Positions 10,969 to 22,923 are shown, counted from the first letter of the stretch. The stretch is DNA of 41,011 nt from an uncultured Bacilli bacterium (GCA_947628985.1 CANRCA010000003.1:1-41011), one strand, 5' to 3'. Translations and numbers: made by a program. The notes: generated by a model not told the origin, from the letters alone.

Positions 10969-11394
10969 TTAGTCAACATTATTTTTACTTTTAATTAATA
11001 CCTTATCTAATTTAAATTCAAATATAGTAAATATCGTTAATATGAAATATATTATTCCTTTAAATACGTTCTTATATATAAATATTGATTTAATATAATT
11101 TTTTGAGTAATCTATATAGTTCATAGAATTTAGCACAATATATTTTAAGATATAACTACTAAATATTCCTAAAACAATTACTATAATTAACTTACTAATT
11201 CTAGCAGTTGAATAATATTTTTTATAGTTATAGCATATTGGAACTAATAAAAATATTATAAATAAGCTTAATATTAAATAAATAACTCCAAATAAATTAC
11301 TATCCGCTAAAAAATAATATATCATTTCAATAATAGTTAAAATAATATATAAAATTGTTAATGAATAAATGGCTATTTTCTTATATTTATACAT
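10969..11394 (-). CDS. Hypothetical membrane protein (4 TM)
   Basis: 141 aa hydrophobic ORF, AAGGAG upstream. Confidence 0.75.
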   Translation of the reverse strand: MYKYKKIAIYSLTILYIILTIIEMIYYFLADSNLFGVIYLILSLFIIFLLVPICYNYKKYYSTARISKLIIVIVLGIFSSYILKYIVLNSMNYIDYSKNYIKSIFIYKNVFKGIIYFILTIFTIFEFKLDKVLIKSKNNVD

Positions 11395-11482
11395 TTTTTC
11401 TTATTTGTCTCCTTAAATAAATTATAACACAATACTTGTTTTTATAAAATATAATATGTTATATTAAATAAGAGGGTTTAAT

Positions 11483-13207
11483 ATGAATAGTAAACTATTA
11501 TTTAACTATATAAAAATGCAAAGTTATTATGATCATGACTTAGAATATATTGAAAATTATTTAGATTTAACTTTTCAACAATTAGTAAGATCATCTTTTA
11601 AATTATTAAATTCTTTAATTGATTCAAATCAAATTATAATTAATAGTACTTATTTAAATGATATAGATAGTTGTATAAATTTTATATGTTATTTATTTAA
11701 AAATGATAAAATTACTGAAAAAGAAATAGAAATTAATAAAGAAAGAATTAAAAAATCAAAAATGGCTTTAATAGCTAATGCTAATAAATATAATAACGAT
11801 GTTTTAATTAAATGTGCTAGTAAATTAGATAAAATATCTTTAGATAAATTTATTAATTTAGATAATCTTAAAAAAATAGTAATAAATTTAATTGATAAGA
11901 AAGAAGATACTAATATTATTAAGAAATTTATAAGTACTAATAAAGGCGAATTACTTATTAATACTGGTGAATTATTTGATTATACTTTTAAGTTAGCCAT
12001 AAAGTCTTTAAATATAAATGATAGAGATATTTATTATTATATCTGTCTTTTAAAAATGTTTTATACTAAAAATATTAATAAAGATAAATATATTAAAATG
12101 TTAAATATTGTTAGTAATGATTCTAATAGTTTTGCAAATGAAATATATTTAATATTATTTAATGATAGAGATGCTTTAAGTGAAGAAGAAATATTAGATA
12201 AATATGGTATTATTACAAAATTACAAGATAAAAAAATTATTATACCTAAATCTATTAGTAATTGTGATGAATGTATTATAACTATTGATGATGAAAATAC
12301 AATGTTAAGAGATGATGCTTTAAGTATTAAAAAAGATGGTAATAATTTTATAGTAGGAATACATATTTTAGATGCTGGTAAATTTATAAAGCCTAATAGT
12401 AAGATAGATATAGATGCTTTAAATAACTATAAATGCTTATATTGTACAGAAGATAATAATTTAAGAATATTTAGTAATGAAATAGAAAATGAATTATCTT
12501 TAAATGAAAAAAATAATAGAAATTGTATATCTCTTTATATTATTTTTAATGAAAATGCTGATATTATTGATTACTTCTTTAAAGAAGAAAATATTTTAAT
12601 TAGAAATAATTTAAGTTATACACAAACAGATAGTATTATTGAATGTGGATTTCATGATTATAATTTTTTAAAAGATTTATATAACCTTGCTTTTATATTG
12701 GAAAATAAAAATAAAAAGAAAAAAGATTATTGGAAAAATAAAACTATTCCTAATAATCCACTTGATTCAAAAAGTAATACTATTGTTAGAGAATTTATGG
12801 TTTTATATAATTATTTAATAGCATCTTTTGCTAAAGAAAATAATATTCCTTATATTTATAGAGTACAAGAAAAATCTTATTTAAAAGATTTAATTAGTGA
12901 ACTTAATATTGATAAAGATGATGAAATTAGTCAAATTGCAAATAATACTTATTTATATAGTAAATATAGTACTATTGCTATGCCACATAGTGGTCTTAAT
13001 TTAGATGTTTATTCTCATTCAACTGATTCTGCTAGAAGATATCCTGATTTATATAATCAATATTTATTTCATAAATTTTATTTTAAAGATAAAGAATTTG
13101 AATTTAATGAAGATAATTTTAAATTATTAGTTGAATATTTTAATCAAAGAACAACTGAATTACATTTAATGAAAAGTGAGTTAATTAAAGTTAGAAAGCC
13201 TAAATAA
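11483..13207 (+). CDS. Divergent RNB-domain (RNase II/R family) protein
   Basis: TIDDENTMLRDDALSI, VGIHILD, IVREFMVLYN, PYIYRVQ, HSGL, RRYPDL motifs. Confidence 0.85.
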   Translation: MNSKLLFNYIKMQSYYDHDLEYIENYLDLTFQQLVRSSFKLLNSLIDSNQIIINSTYLNDIDSCINFICYLFKNDKITEKEIEINKERIKKSKMALIANANKYNNDVLIKCASKLDKISLDKFINLDNLKKIVINLIDKKEDTNIIKKFISTNKGELLINTGELFDYTFKLAIKSLNINDRDIYYYICLLKMFYTKNINKDKYIKMLNIVSNDSNSFANEIYLILFNDRDALSEEEILDKYGIITKLQDKKIIIPKSISNCDECIITIDDENTMLRDDALSIKKDGNNFIVGIHILDAGKFIKPNSKIDIDALNNYKCLYCTEDNNLRIFSNEIENELSLNEKNNRNCISLYIIFNENADIIDYFFKEENILIRNNLSYTQTDSIIECGFHDYNFLKDLYNLAFILENKNKKKKDYWKNKTIPNNPLDSKSNTIVREFMVLYNYLIASFAKENNIPYIYRVQEKSYLKDLISELNIDKDDEISQIANNTYLYSKYSTIAMPHSGLNLDVYSHSTDSARRYPDLYNQYLFHKFYFKDKEFEFNEDNFKLLVEYFNQRTTELHLMKSELIKVRKPK

Positions 13208-15784
13208 TTAAACTCCCATATATTTTCCACTTTTTTTAAATATTATTTTTCTTATTATATCAAAAGGTATTACGCTAAATGCTAATATTATCATTACTTC
13301 AAATTCATATATAGTAAGTCCTGTAGTTCTAAATATTTCTCCTCCAAAATATATTAATGTTACTTGTACTATTGTAATGAATAAAAATATTAATAAAAAG
13401 ATTTTATTTTTAAATATATTTGCAAAAGTATTTATTCTATGTGTTCTTGAATTAAATGCATTAAATATATCTATAAATATAAATAATCCAAAAAATGCTG
13501 TCATTAAATATTTATTATTAATATCATATCTATATAATGAATATATAAATGGAGATTTTAAAAACCAAATACATAATAACATTGAATATATTCCATCAAA
13601 GAATATTTGATTTTTCATGTAAGAATTAATTATTTTTTCATTTTTCTTTTTAGGACGTTCTTCCATATATTCTAAAAGTGCTGGTTCAAATGAAAATGCA
13701 AGTCCTGCAAATGTATCCATAACCATATTAACCCATAAAACTTGTATTACTGTTATTGGAGATAAAATTCCTATAAAAGGACCTATTATACTAAGTAATA
13801 CAGCACAACAATTAACACTTAATTGAAAAATAACAAATTTTCTTATGCTTTTAAATATTGTCCTTCCATATAGTATAGCAGATGATATAGACATAATATT
13901 ATTATCTATAATAACTATATCACTAGTTTCTTTTGCTATTTCTGTTCCACTTCCCATTGAAAATCCAACATCTGCTTTTTTTAATGCTGATGCATCATTT
14001 ACTCCATCTCCAGTCATACCAACTACTAAATCATTTTCTTGTGCTAACCTTACAAGTCTATTTTTATCTTGAGGTAAACTTCTACTTAATACTCTTAATT
14101 TATTAAGTATTTTTTTTACATTTTCATCAGACATATTATTAAATTCTTCACTTGTTAATACAATATCACTATCACTATTTATTATTTTTAAATCTTTAGC
14201 AATAGAGGATGCTGTTTCTTTAGCATCTCCTGTTACCATTACAACTTGTATACCAGACTTTTGTATTAATTCTATTCCTTTATATGCTTCTTTTCTAATA
14301 GTATCTTTTAAAAATATAAAACCAACTAATGTAAGTGCTTCTACTTTTTCATTATCACTAATTGCGATAGCAAGAACTCTTTCTCCATTTTTAGTTTTAC
14401 TATTAATATATGAATTTATTTTATCTTTTTCAAGTAATACTCTTTTAGTACCATCATTTTTTAAATAAAAATTACATTTATCAAGTATTACTTCATAAGC
14501 ACCTTTTATAAAAGTAGTTTTATTATTATAATTTGTTGTTATAGTAGAATATTTAACTTTACTATTAAAATTTACTTTATTTAATATTTTATATTTAGAT
14601 TTATCATCACTTTTCATAAATTCTAAAATTGCTCTTTCAGTTGTATTACCACCTTCACATTTTGAATTATCAAAAAAAGCATCATTATTATAAACAAAAG
14701 ATTGATAAATAATATCATAATTATTTAACTTTTTTAATTCATCAACATTTTTATATTCTATTAATTCTGCATTTGTATATCTTACTGCTTTTAAATGTCC
14801 TTCTGTAAGAGTACCTGTTTTATCAGTAAATAATATATTTAAAGATCCTGCTGTTTCTATTCCAACTAATTTTCTAACAAGTACATTTTTCTTTAATAAT
14901 CTTTTCATATTAGATGATAAAACTAATGTAATCATCATAGGAAGACCTTCTGGAACAGCCATTACTACTACTGCTACACTAAGTGTTAATGCATATACAA
15001 AATGAGGAAAAAATATTTTAAAATCAAATATTTTACTTAAATCAAAATTATTAGCAATAACTACTGCATTTAACATATATGATAAAAATACAAGTACTGC
15101 TCCTATATAACCAATTTTACTTATAACTTTTGCTAAATCAGTAAGTCTTGATTTTAATGGACTTGGTTCTGTTTTTTCTTGAATTGAAGTTGCTATTTGA
15201 CCATAATGTGTTTTATCTCCTACTAACTCTACTATCATAATAGCATTTTGTTCTGTTATGATAGAACCCATATAAACATCATCATTAACATTTTTTTGTT
15301 TTTCTAATGTTTCACCTGTTAATGAACTTTCATCAATATAAACTTCTCCTTCAATAATTTTTCCATCTGCAGGTACTCTATCTCCACTATCTAAATATAC
15401 AATATCACCTACTACTACATCATCTATTTCAATAACTTCTTTTTTAGAATTTCTAAGTACTTTTACTGATATTTTACTATTTTCTTCTGCTAATTTATCA
15501 AATGCTTTTTCACTTCCATATTCTGATATAGCAGAAATAAAAGATGCTAAAAATATAGCAACTGCTATACCTAAAGTTTCATATATATTAGAATCTTGAA
15601 ATAAAAAAACTATTTTTATTGCTAATGCTATTAAAAGTATTTTAATAATTGGATCATTTAAAGATTCTATAATTAAATTAAAAAATGAATTTTTATGCTT
15701 ATTAGATAATTTATTTGAGCCATATAATTTTCTAGATTCTACTACTTCTTTACTGCTAAGTCCTGTTTTTTTATTAGTATTCAT
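13208..15784 (-). CDS. Cation (probably Ca2+)-translocating P-type ATPase, type II
   Basis: SSLTGET, VPEGL, DKTGT, KGAYE, TGDGVND, WVNMVMD motifs. Confidence 0.93.
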   Translation of the reverse strand: MNTNKKTGLSSKEVVESRKLYGSNKLSNKHKNSFFNLIIESLNDPIIKILLIALAIKIVFLFQDSNIYETLGIAVAIFLASFISAISEYGSEKAFDKLAEENSKISVKVLRNSKKEVIEIDDVVVGDIVYLDSGDRVPADGKIIEGEVYIDESSLTGETLEKQKNVNDDVYMGSIITEQNAIMIVELVGDKTHYGQIATSIQEKTEPSPLKSRLTDLAKVISKIGYIGAVLVFLSYMLNAVVIANNFDLSKIFDFKIFFPHFVYALTLSVAVVVMAVPEGLPMMITLVLSSNMKRLLKKNVLVRKLVGIETAGSLNILFTDKTGTLTEGHLKAVRYTNAELIEYKNVDELKKLNNYDIIYQSFVYNNDAFFDNSKCEGGNTTERAILEFMKSDDKSKYKILNKVNFNSKVKYSTITTNYNNKTTFIKGAYEVILDKCNFYLKNDGTKRVLLEKDKINSYINSKTKNGERVLAIAISDNEKVEALTLVGFIFLKDTIRKEAYKGIELIQKSGIQVVMVTGDAKETASSIAKDLKIINSDSDIVLTSEEFNNMSDENVKKILNKLRVLSRSLPQDKNRLVRLAQENDLVVGMTGDGVNDASALKKADVGFSMGSGTEIAKETSDIVIIDNNIMSISSAILYGRTIFKSIRKFVIFQLSVNCCAVLLSIIGPFIGILSPITVIQVLWVNMVMDTFAGLAFSFEPALLEYMEERPKKKNEKIINSYMKNQIFFDGIYSMLLCIWFLKSPFIYSLYRYDINNKYLMTAFFGLFIFIDIFNAFNSRTHRINTFANIFKNKIFLLIFLFITIVQVTLIYFGGEIFRTTGLTIYEFEVMIILAFSVIPFDIIRKIIFKKSGKYMGV

Positions 15785-15888
15785 ATTTTCCTCATTTAAG
15801 TTTATTATGCTATTTATAAAAAAATGACTTAAATATATAATTTACTTATTAATATTAAAATGATAAAATTAATTAAGAGGTAAGTAGT

Positions 15889-16377
15889 ATGAAAAGAGTT
15901 GATAAAAATAATTATTATTTAGATATAGCACAAGCTGCTTGTGAAAGAGCAACTTGTCTTAGAAAGAAATGGGGAGCAATAATTGTTAAAGATGATGAAG
16001 TTATATCAACTGGATATAATGGTGCTCCAAGAGGAAGAGCAAATTGTACTGATTTGAATAGATGTATAAGAGAAGAATTAAATGTTCCAAGAGGAGAAAG
16101 GTATGAACTTTGTAGAAGTGTTCATGCTGAACAAAATGCAATTATTTCTGCTGCTAGAAAAGATATGATTGGAGCTACTTTATATATTGTTGGTATTGAT
16201 CCTAAAACAAATGATTATGTAGCAAATTCTATGTCTTGTAGTATGTGTAAAAGATTTATTATTAATAGTGGTATAGAAAAAGTTGTATTTAGAGATACTA
16301 AAACTAAATATAGAGAAGTTCTTGTAAAAGATTGGATAGAAAATGATGAAAGTATTAATGGTACTATGGGTTACTAG
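15889..16377 (+). CDS. dCMP deaminase family protein (ComEB-like)
   Basis: TGYNG, HAEQNA and CSMC zinc-binding motifs. Confidence 0.92.
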   Translation: MKRVDKNNYYLDIAQAACERATCLRKKWGAIIVKDDEVISTGYNGAPRGRANCTDLNRCIREELNVPRGERYELCRSVHAEQNAIISAARKDMIGATLYIVGIDPKTNDYVANSMSCSMCKRFIINSGIEKVVFRDTKTKYREVLVKDWIENDESINGTMGY

Positions 16378-16386
16378 GAGATTAAA

Positions 16387-17214
16387 ATGATTTTAGACAT
16401 AATTATACCCGTATTCAATAAAGAAAAAAATATTTTAAATACTTATAATAAAATAAATGAAGAACTTTCTAATATTAAACATAATTTTATATTTGTAGAT
16501 AATAATTCTAGTGATAAATCTTTCGATATTTTAAAAGATATTTATAATAAAGATGATAGTAATGTTAAAATAATTAGATTATCTAAGACATGTAATATTG
16601 AAACTTGTATATATGTAGGAATAAAATATAGTAAACATGATTTAGTATGTATTTATAATTATTTTAATCCTTCTAATATTTTAAAAATGTATAATTATTT
16701 AGAAAAAAATAATGATATTGATTCAGTATGTTTATATTCAAATAATAAAAAATCTGTTAAAGAAAAATTTTTAAATTTATTTTTAACAACTAAATATGAT
16801 AGTAATAAAACATTAAATAGAATGTTTAGAAGAAATGTTTGTAACGCTATTATCGAATATTCAAAAGATAATATGTTTACTAATTATACATTTGATTTAA
16901 TTGGTTTTAAAACAGAATATATAAATTTTGAAAATAAAAATAGTATATGTAATTTTAATTTAATTTATTATAGTGATAAAATTATTAATTTATTTAAATA
17001 TTCTTCTTATATATTATTTACTTTATCTTTTATATATTTAATATTTATATTATTTGATTTAATTCACATAAGTAATGAAGTAATATTGTTAATAATTTTA
17101 TTATTTACATCTTTAAATTTGTTAATGTTATATTTTAATACTAAATATAATTTAAAAATTAAAAATGAATATTATATAAAAGATAAAATAGGTTTTGATG
17201 AAAATTTCTTATAA
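16387..17214 (+). CDS. Glycosyltransferase family 2 (GtrB-like, 2 C-terminal TM), divergent
   Basis: IIIPVFNKEKNI and FVDNNSSDKS N-terminal motifs; two C-terminal TM; no clear DxD. Confidence 0.75.
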   Translation: MILDIIIPVFNKEKNILNTYNKINEELSNIKHNFIFVDNNSSDKSFDILKDIYNKDDSNVKIIRLSKTCNIETCIYVGIKYSKHDLVCIYNYFNPSNILKMYNYLEKNNDIDSVCLYSNNKKSVKEKFLNLFLTTKYDSNKTLNRMFRRNVCNAIIEYSKDNMFTNYTFDLIGFKTEYINFENKNSICNFNLIYYSDKIINLFKYSSYILFTLSFIYLIFILFDLIHISNEVILLIILLFTSLNLLMLYFNTKYNLKIKNEYYIKDKIGFDENFL

Positions 17215-17217
17215 TTA

Positions 17218-17247
17218 AAAGTAGATAATTTTGTTGTTATCTACTTT
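17218..17247. terminator. Bidirectional terminator between the GT2 gene and tsaD
   Basis: AAAGTAGATAA-8nt-TTATCTACTTT between convergent stops. Confidence 0.75.
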
Positions 17248-18250
17248 ATTTTAATTTTGCATAACTTTGAGCATTTAATGATAGTGGTGAAAATTGTTTA
17301 TTTTTATAAAGTACATATGCAGCAGCACCTATCATCGCAGCATTATCTGTACAATATTTTTTTTCTGGCATATGCATTTCTACACCAAGACTTTCACACA
17401 TTGATTTTAATGCTTCTCTAATATGAGTATTAGCGGCAACTCCACCACTAATTAAAAATGTTTTTAAATTATAATTTAATAATGCTTTTTTAGTTTTATC
17501 TACTAAATGTTCTGTAACACAATCTTGAAATGAACGAGCTACATCATATTTATTAACCTCATTTCCTCTTTGTCTTTCATTATGAACTAAATTATTAACA
17601 TGACTTTTAATACCACTAAAACTAAAATTATAAGATTCATCATTTAAAATATTAGGCATTTTATAAGTAGGTTCTCCTTGCAATGCATATTTTTCTACAT
17701 TAGGTCCACCTGGATATGGTAAATCTAATATTCTTGCAACTTTATCATATGCTTCTCCAATCGCATCATCTAAAGTTTGACCTAAATATTCAAATTCATT
17801 TTCACTTTTCATAAGTATTAAATCAGTGTGTCCTCCTGATACGATTAATGAAAGTAATGGATATTCAAGTTTATTTCCTATCATATTAGCATAAATATGT
17901 CCCATCATATGATTAGTACCAATAAATGGCTTATTATAAATAAATGCAAGGGCTTTTGTTGCTTCTACTCCAACAAGTAAACTTCCAAGTAATCCAGGAG
18001 CATAAGTACAAGCAAAAGCATCCATATCTTCTAATTTCATATTAGCTCTTTGTAAACATTCATCTATTACCATTGTTATATTTTCTAAATGTAATCTACT
18101 TGCTACTTCTGGTACTACTCCTCCATATTTTGTATGAACATCTATTTGAGAATTTATTACTGTTGCTATATCTTCAAAACCATTTTTAATAATACTTACA
18201 CTAGTTTCATCACAAGAAGATTCAACTGCTAAAATATATACATCTTTCAT
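17246..18250 (-). CDS. tsaD: tRNA N6-adenosine threonylcarbamoyltransferase
   Basis: ILAVESSCDETS, GGVVPEVASRLH, HMMGH, VSGGHT, DDAIGEAYDKVAR, CTDNAAMI. Confidence 0.97.
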   Translation of the reverse strand: MKDVYILAVESSCDETSVSIIKNGFEDIATVINSQIDVHTKYGGVVPEVASRLHLENITMVIDECLQRANMKLEDMDAFACTYAPGLLGSLLVGVEATKALAFIYNKPFIGTNHMMGHIYANMIGNKLEYPLLSLIVSGGHTDLILMKSENEFEYLGQTLDDAIGEAYDKVARILDLPYPGGPNVEKYALQGEPTYKMPNILNDESYNFSFSGIKSHVNNLVHNERQRGNEVNKYDVARSFQDCVTEHLVDKTKKALLNYNLKTFLISGGVAANTHIREALKSMCESLGVEMHMPEKKYCTDNAAMIGAAAYVLYKNKQFSPLSLNAQSYAKLK

Positions 18251-18582
18251 TATTTCACCTTCTCCATTATAATTGCTGTATTTTCTCCATAATATCTTTC
18301 TCTTAAACTAATTTCTTTAAAACCAAGTTTACTATATAATCTAATTGCTTCATTATTGTTTTCATTTACTTCTAGCATTATTCTACTGTAATCTTCTTCT
18401 TCAATCATTTTATTCATAAGTGAAGTTGCTACACCTTTTTTTCTATCTTCCTCATTTACAAATAAATTCATAATATCAATAACGCCATCAACTAATCTTA
18501 TTTCTAAATAACCTAATACTTTTTCACCATCCATATAATTATAAACAGAATCAGTATCACTTAATATTTCTTTATTAATCAT
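18250..18582 (-). CDS. rimI: RimI-like GNAT acetyltransferase (short, 110 aa)
   Basis: [30 protein letters not shown]; lies between tsaB and tsaD; start MINKE after GAGGTG. Confidence 0.8.
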   Translation of the reverse strand: MINKEILSDTDSVYNYMDGEKVLGYLEIRLVDGVIDIMNLFVNEEDRKKGVATSLMNKMIEEEDYSRIMLEVNENNNEAIRLYSKLGFKEISLRERYYGENTAIIMEKVK

Positions 18583-19126
18583 GATTTTCCACCTCAATTT
18601 TTTTAACATAGTTTGCTTTAATATGATGTGGATTTTCACTTTTCATATTTTCACAATATTTTATTATTTTTAAAACATCTAATTTTTCTTCTACTTTTTC
18701 ATAGTCACAGTTATCTTCTTCACTATAATATTCAGGAATTATATTGTTATTATTTTCATCAAATGCACTTATATAATATCCTTTATTATCTTCAATAACA
18801 GCTTTTCTTTTTTTATTATTATCATTACTTACTAAATAAGCGGTTAAACTTGATATAGTATTAATATCTATATTTAAAGCATAAGCCATTGTTTTTGCTA
18901 TTGACAAACCTATTCTAATACCAGTAAAACTACCTGGACCATTAACTACGATAATCTTTTTTAAATCTTTAACATTTAAATTATTTTCTTTAAATATTTC
19001 TTCTATCATAGGCATAGTATAAATAGAATGACTATACTCACTTTCTTTTGTTTTTATAAATAAATCATCATTATTTTTAAGTGCTATTGTTATTAAGCTT
19101 GAATGTGTATCAATAAATAAAAGCAT
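18575..19126 (-). CDS. tsaB: tRNA threonylcarbamoyladenosine biosynthesis protein TsaB
   Basis: LFIDT, HS and [11 protein letters not shown] motifs. Confidence 0.95.
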   Translation of the reverse strand: MLLFIDTHSSLITIALKNNDDLFIKTKESEYSHSIYTMPMIEEIFKENNLNVKDLKKIIVVNGPGSFTGIRIGLSIAKTMAYALNIDINTISSLTAYLVSNDNNKKRKAVIEDNKGYYISAFDENNNNIIPEYYSEEDNCDYEKVEEKLDVLKIIKYCENMKSENPHHIKANYVKKIEVENHD

Positions 19127-19151
19127 GGAAGTCACCTCTTTCCATGCTATA

Positions 19152-21800
19152 TTATATCACTCTTTTCTTATTTTTTAAATGTTTATATATTTCCATTACT
19201 GTTAAAATTGGTAATGCTAGTAAAAATAATAGTATCAAATATAAATATGGTATTTGATAAGTTTGTAAGAATTTAGATAAGAATGGTACTTCCATAACTA
19301 AAATTTGTAATAATATACTAATAACTATAGTTAATAAAACAAAATAATTCTTTTTAAAGCTATTTTCAAAAATACTTTTACTTTCACTTCTACAATTTAT
19401 TACATGAATATTTTGAATAAATACCATTAAAGCAAGAACATATCCTCTTGCATGAGCAACTTCCATATGTACTTTATTAATTAAGAATATCCATAATAAG
19501 AAAACAATAATTCCTATAAATAATCCTGATATTAATATTTGTTTTATTAATTCTTTTTCAAATATACTTTCATTTGGATCTCTAGGTTTTTCTTTCATAA
19601 TTGTTTCTGTTTCTCTTTCAAATGAAAGTGCCATATCTTGTAAACCATCAGTTACTAAATTTAACCATAATAATTGAATTGCAACTAAAGGAATAGGTAG
19701 TCCAAATGCTATTGACAATACAAAGAATAATACCTCTGCAAACCCACAAGATAATAACATTATACAAATTTTTCTAATATTTGAATAAGCATTTCTTCCT
19801 TCTTCAATACCAGCTACTATAGATGAAAAATTATCATCAATTACTATCATTTTTGCTGTTTCTTTAGCAACATCTGTTCCACTTCCCATAGCAATTCCAA
19901 TATTAGCTGCTTTAATCGCAGGAGCATCATTTACTCCATCTCCAGTTACTGCTACAAATTCTCCTTGTCTTTGAAGTGACTCAACTATTTTTAATTTTTG
20001 AAGAGGTGTTACTCTTGCAAAAACTTTTTTATCACTAATAAATTTATCAAATTTATCTTCATCATCAATATAAAAATCTAAATTTTCTCCAGTTGTTACT
20101 TCGCTTTTATCTTCAATCATGTTTAAACTTTTAGCAATTGCATATGCAGTCAAGGCATGATCTCCTGTTATCATTAATACTTTTATGCCTGCTTTTTTAC
20201 ATAATTTAATTGATTCAATTGCTTCTTTTCTAACTGGATCTATAAATCCTACTAATCCAATAAAATTTAAATTAGATATATCTTTTTCACTATATTTTTC
20301 TTTTCCTTCAATTTCTCCATCACATATTGCGATTACTCTATAACCATTTGATGCCATTTCTTCATTTTGTTCTAATATTTCTTCTTTATTTAATTTAACT
20401 AATTTTCCATCTTTATATGAATGTTTACAAAAATCTAGTATTACTTCTAAAGAACCTTTACAAGTACAATATACTTTATCATCTTTTTGATAAAATATAG
20501 CACTATATTTTTTTTCTGATTCATATGGTATTTCATATATTTTTTTATAAGTTATTTTATCTGTACCTAATTTTTTAGATAAGGCTAAAAATGCAACATC
20601 AATAGAATCTCCAAAATATTCCCATTTATTTTTATTTTTTTCTAACATTGCTTCATTATTAATTTTACCTAATATTGAAATATATTTTGCATTTTCTATA
20701 TTAGAATTATTATATGGTATTATTTTACCTTCAGAATTGTATCCGTTTCCTTCTATATCAAATTCTTCTTTACTTGCTAAAACTATTTTTTTAGCAGTTT
20801 GTTCATTAACTGTTAGTGTACCTGTTTTATCACTAGCAATTACTGTACAACTACCTAAACTTTCAACAGAATTTAATTTTTTAACAATTACATTTCTTTT
20901 ACCCATTTTATTAGAACCAATAGTAAGAGCCATTGTAAGAGCAAGTGGTAAACCTTCTGGCATAGCTGATACTGATAATGCAACTACTGATAAAAATATA
21001 TCTATTGAACTATAACCTTTAAAATATAAAACAATTCCTATAATTATTGAAATTACTACAATAATCATTGATATTTGTTTTGAAAATTTTTCCATTCTTA
21101 TTGTTAATGGTGATTTAGTATCAGCAGTGGATGTTACTTTTTGAGCAATTTTTCCAACTTCTGTATTAATACCTGTTTTAGTTACTACTGCTAGCGCTCT
21201 TCCTGTCATAACAGAAGTTGCTGCATATAACATACATTTTTTTGAAATTTCATTATCATTTGCTACTTCTATATTTTTATTTACTCCAATACTTTCTCCA
21301 GTTAAAACAGATTCATTTACTGTAAGATTATTTGATGATAATATTCTTGCATCTGCTGATATTACTGTTCCTGGTTCTATTACAATAATATCTCCAGGTA
21401 CTATTAAAGATGAATCTATTTCTTTATGTTTATTTTCTCTTATAACTTTTACTTTTACTTTAATTAAATTTTTTAATGCTTCACTATTTTGATTAGCTTT
21501 ATATTCTTGAAATGTAGATACTATTGCATCAATTAAAATAATAAATATAATTGCAATTCCATCAATTGTTTCAGATACTACAAATGAAAGTATAGCAGCC
21601 ACTATTAAAACATAAATAATTGGATCGTTTATAGCACTCAAAAAAAGTTCAAAAACATTTTTCTTTTTTTCTTTTGGAAGTTCATTTAATCCATATTCTT
21701 TTAATCTACTTTTTGCTTCTGTATTTTTAAGACCACTTAAAGAACTTCCTAATTCTTTTAATACTTTATTTTTATCCATCTTACTATAATCTTTTTCCAT
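19152..21800 (-). CDS. Cation-transporting P-type ATPase, type II
   Basis: [42 protein letters not shown] motifs. Confidence 0.94.
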   Translation of the reverse strand: MEKDYSKMDKNKVLKELGSSLSGLKNTEAKSRLKEYGLNELPKEKKKNVFELFLSAINDPIIYVLIVAAILSFVVSETIDGIAIIFIILIDAIVSTFQEYKANQNSEALKNLIKVKVKVIRENKHKEIDSSLIVPGDIIVIEPGTVISADARILSSNNLTVNESVLTGESIGVNKNIEVANDNEISKKCMLYAATSVMTGRALAVVTKTGINTEVGKIAQKVTSTADTKSPLTIRMEKFSKQISMIIVVISIIIGIVLYFKGYSSIDIFLSVVALSVSAMPEGLPLALTMALTIGSNKMGKRNVIVKKLNSVESLGSCTVIASDKTGTLTVNEQTAKKIVLASKEEFDIEGNGYNSEGKIIPYNNSNIENAKYISILGKINNEAMLEKNKNKWEYFGDSIDVAFLALSKKLGTDKITYKKIYEIPYESEKKYSAIFYQKDDKVYCTCKGSLEVILDFCKHSYKDGKLVKLNKEEILEQNEEMASNGYRVIAICDGEIEGKEKYSEKDISNLNFIGLVGFIDPVRKEAIESIKLCKKAGIKVLMITGDHALTAYAIAKSLNMIEDKSEVTTGENLDFYIDDEDKFDKFISDKKVFARVTPLQKLKIVESLQRQGEFVAVTGDGVNDAPAIKAANIGIAMGSGTDVAKETAKMIVIDDNFSSIVAGIEEGRNAYSNIRKICIMLLSCGFAEVLFFVLSIAFGLPIPLVAIQLLWLNLVTDGLQDMALSFERETETIMKEKPRDPNESIFEKELIKQILISGLFIGIIVFLLWIFLINKVHMEVAHARGYVLALMVFIQNIHVINCRSESKSIFENSFKKNYFVLLTIVISILLQILVMEVPFLSKFLQTYQIPYLYLILLFLLALPILTVMEIYKHLKNKKRVI

Positions 21801-21831
21801 TTTAGCTCCTAATTTATAAAAAGTGATTTAT

Positions 21832-22914
21832 TTAATCACTTTTACCTAATTCTACATTAAATACTTTATGTTCTTTTCCTCTAATTACTGTAATTTCAAC
21901 TATTTCATTTGGTTCATGTTTATATAAGTAATATCTTAATCTTGCAACATTTGTAACTTCATTATCACCTATTTTAACAATTACATCTCCTTTTTCAATT
22001 CCAGCTTTATTAGCAGGTCCTCCTGCAGTTGATTCTAAAACAATTACACCTGAAGTTATTGAATCATCTAAAGTTATTCCTTCTCTTCTTAAATAATATG
22101 TTGGAGTAGATATTTCTGCCATACTTACTCCTAAATATGATCTTTGTATTTCTTCTTTATTAACAATTTTATTGGCATAATTAACTGCATCTTCAATTGG
22201 TATTGCAAAACCAATTCCTTCTATTTCATTTTCTACTATTTTCATAGTATTAATACCAATAACCTCTCCATTTACATTACAAAGAGGTCCACCACTATTT
22301 CCAGGATTAATTGCTGCATCTGTTTGCATAACATTCATAATCCAATCATTTGTAGTAGAACTTACTTGTACTTCTACCATTCTATCTTTTCCACTTAATA
22401 TTCCTCTTGTAACTGTACCTAAATAATCAATATCCATAGGAGATCCAATAGTAAATACAGTATCTCCTAATTTAGCATTTTCACTACTTCCTATTTTAGC
22501 AACACTTGTAACATGTGATTTATCTATTTGAATAACTGCTATATCTGCAAACTCATCACTACCTATAACAGTTGCATCTAATGTTTCACCATTACTTAAA
22601 ACTACTTTTATTTCACTAGCATCTTCTACAACATGATGATTAGTCATTATATATCCTTCTTCACTATATATAAATCCAGAACCAATCCCAGCTAATGAAT
22701 TTCTTTGATAATTTTCAACAACTACTACTGCATTATAAATCTTATCTATACCTTCAGATATTCCATTATCAGTTACTGTAACTAATTTTTCAGAAGTAGA
22801 TGCTTTTTCACTTTCTTTATTTATAGGTAAAAAATATAATGCTGTATACATTATACCTGCTCCTAACAATGAAGATAATAAAATACTAATAAAATATGTT
22901 AATTTATTTTTCAT
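21832..22914 (-). CDS. htrA: HtrA/DegP-family serine protease with PDZ domain
   Basis: N-terminal TM, TNHHV, DIAV, TDAAINPGNSGGPL, C-terminal PDZ. Confidence 0.95.
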   Translation of the reverse strand: MKNKLTYFISILLSSLLGAGIMYTALYFLPINKESEKASTSEKLVTVTDNGISEGIDKIYNAVVVVENYQRNSLAGIGSGFIYSEEGYIMTNHHVVEDASEIKVVLSNGETLDATVIGSDEFADIAVIQIDKSHVTSVAKIGSSENAKLGDTVFTIGSPMDIDYLGTVTRGILSGKDRMVEVQVSSTTNDWIMNVMQTDAAINPGNSGGPLCNVNGEVIGINTMKIVENEIEGIGFAIPIEDAVNYANKIVNKEEIQRSYLGVSMAEISTPTYYLRREGITLDDSITSGVIVLESTAGGPANKAGIEKGDVIVKIGDNEVTNVARLRYYLYKHEPNEIVEITVIRGKEHKVFNVELGKSD

Positions 22915-22923
22915 TTTTCTCCT

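Noticed and set aside
17246-19126. Absence of tsaE from the tsaB-rimI-tsaD run
   Set aside because: tsaE is often encoded elsewhere; one window cannot show loss
13377-22398. + strand ORFs 13377-13610, 13845-14072, 20737-21015 and 22144-22398
   Set aside because: Antisense to the P-type ATPases and htrA
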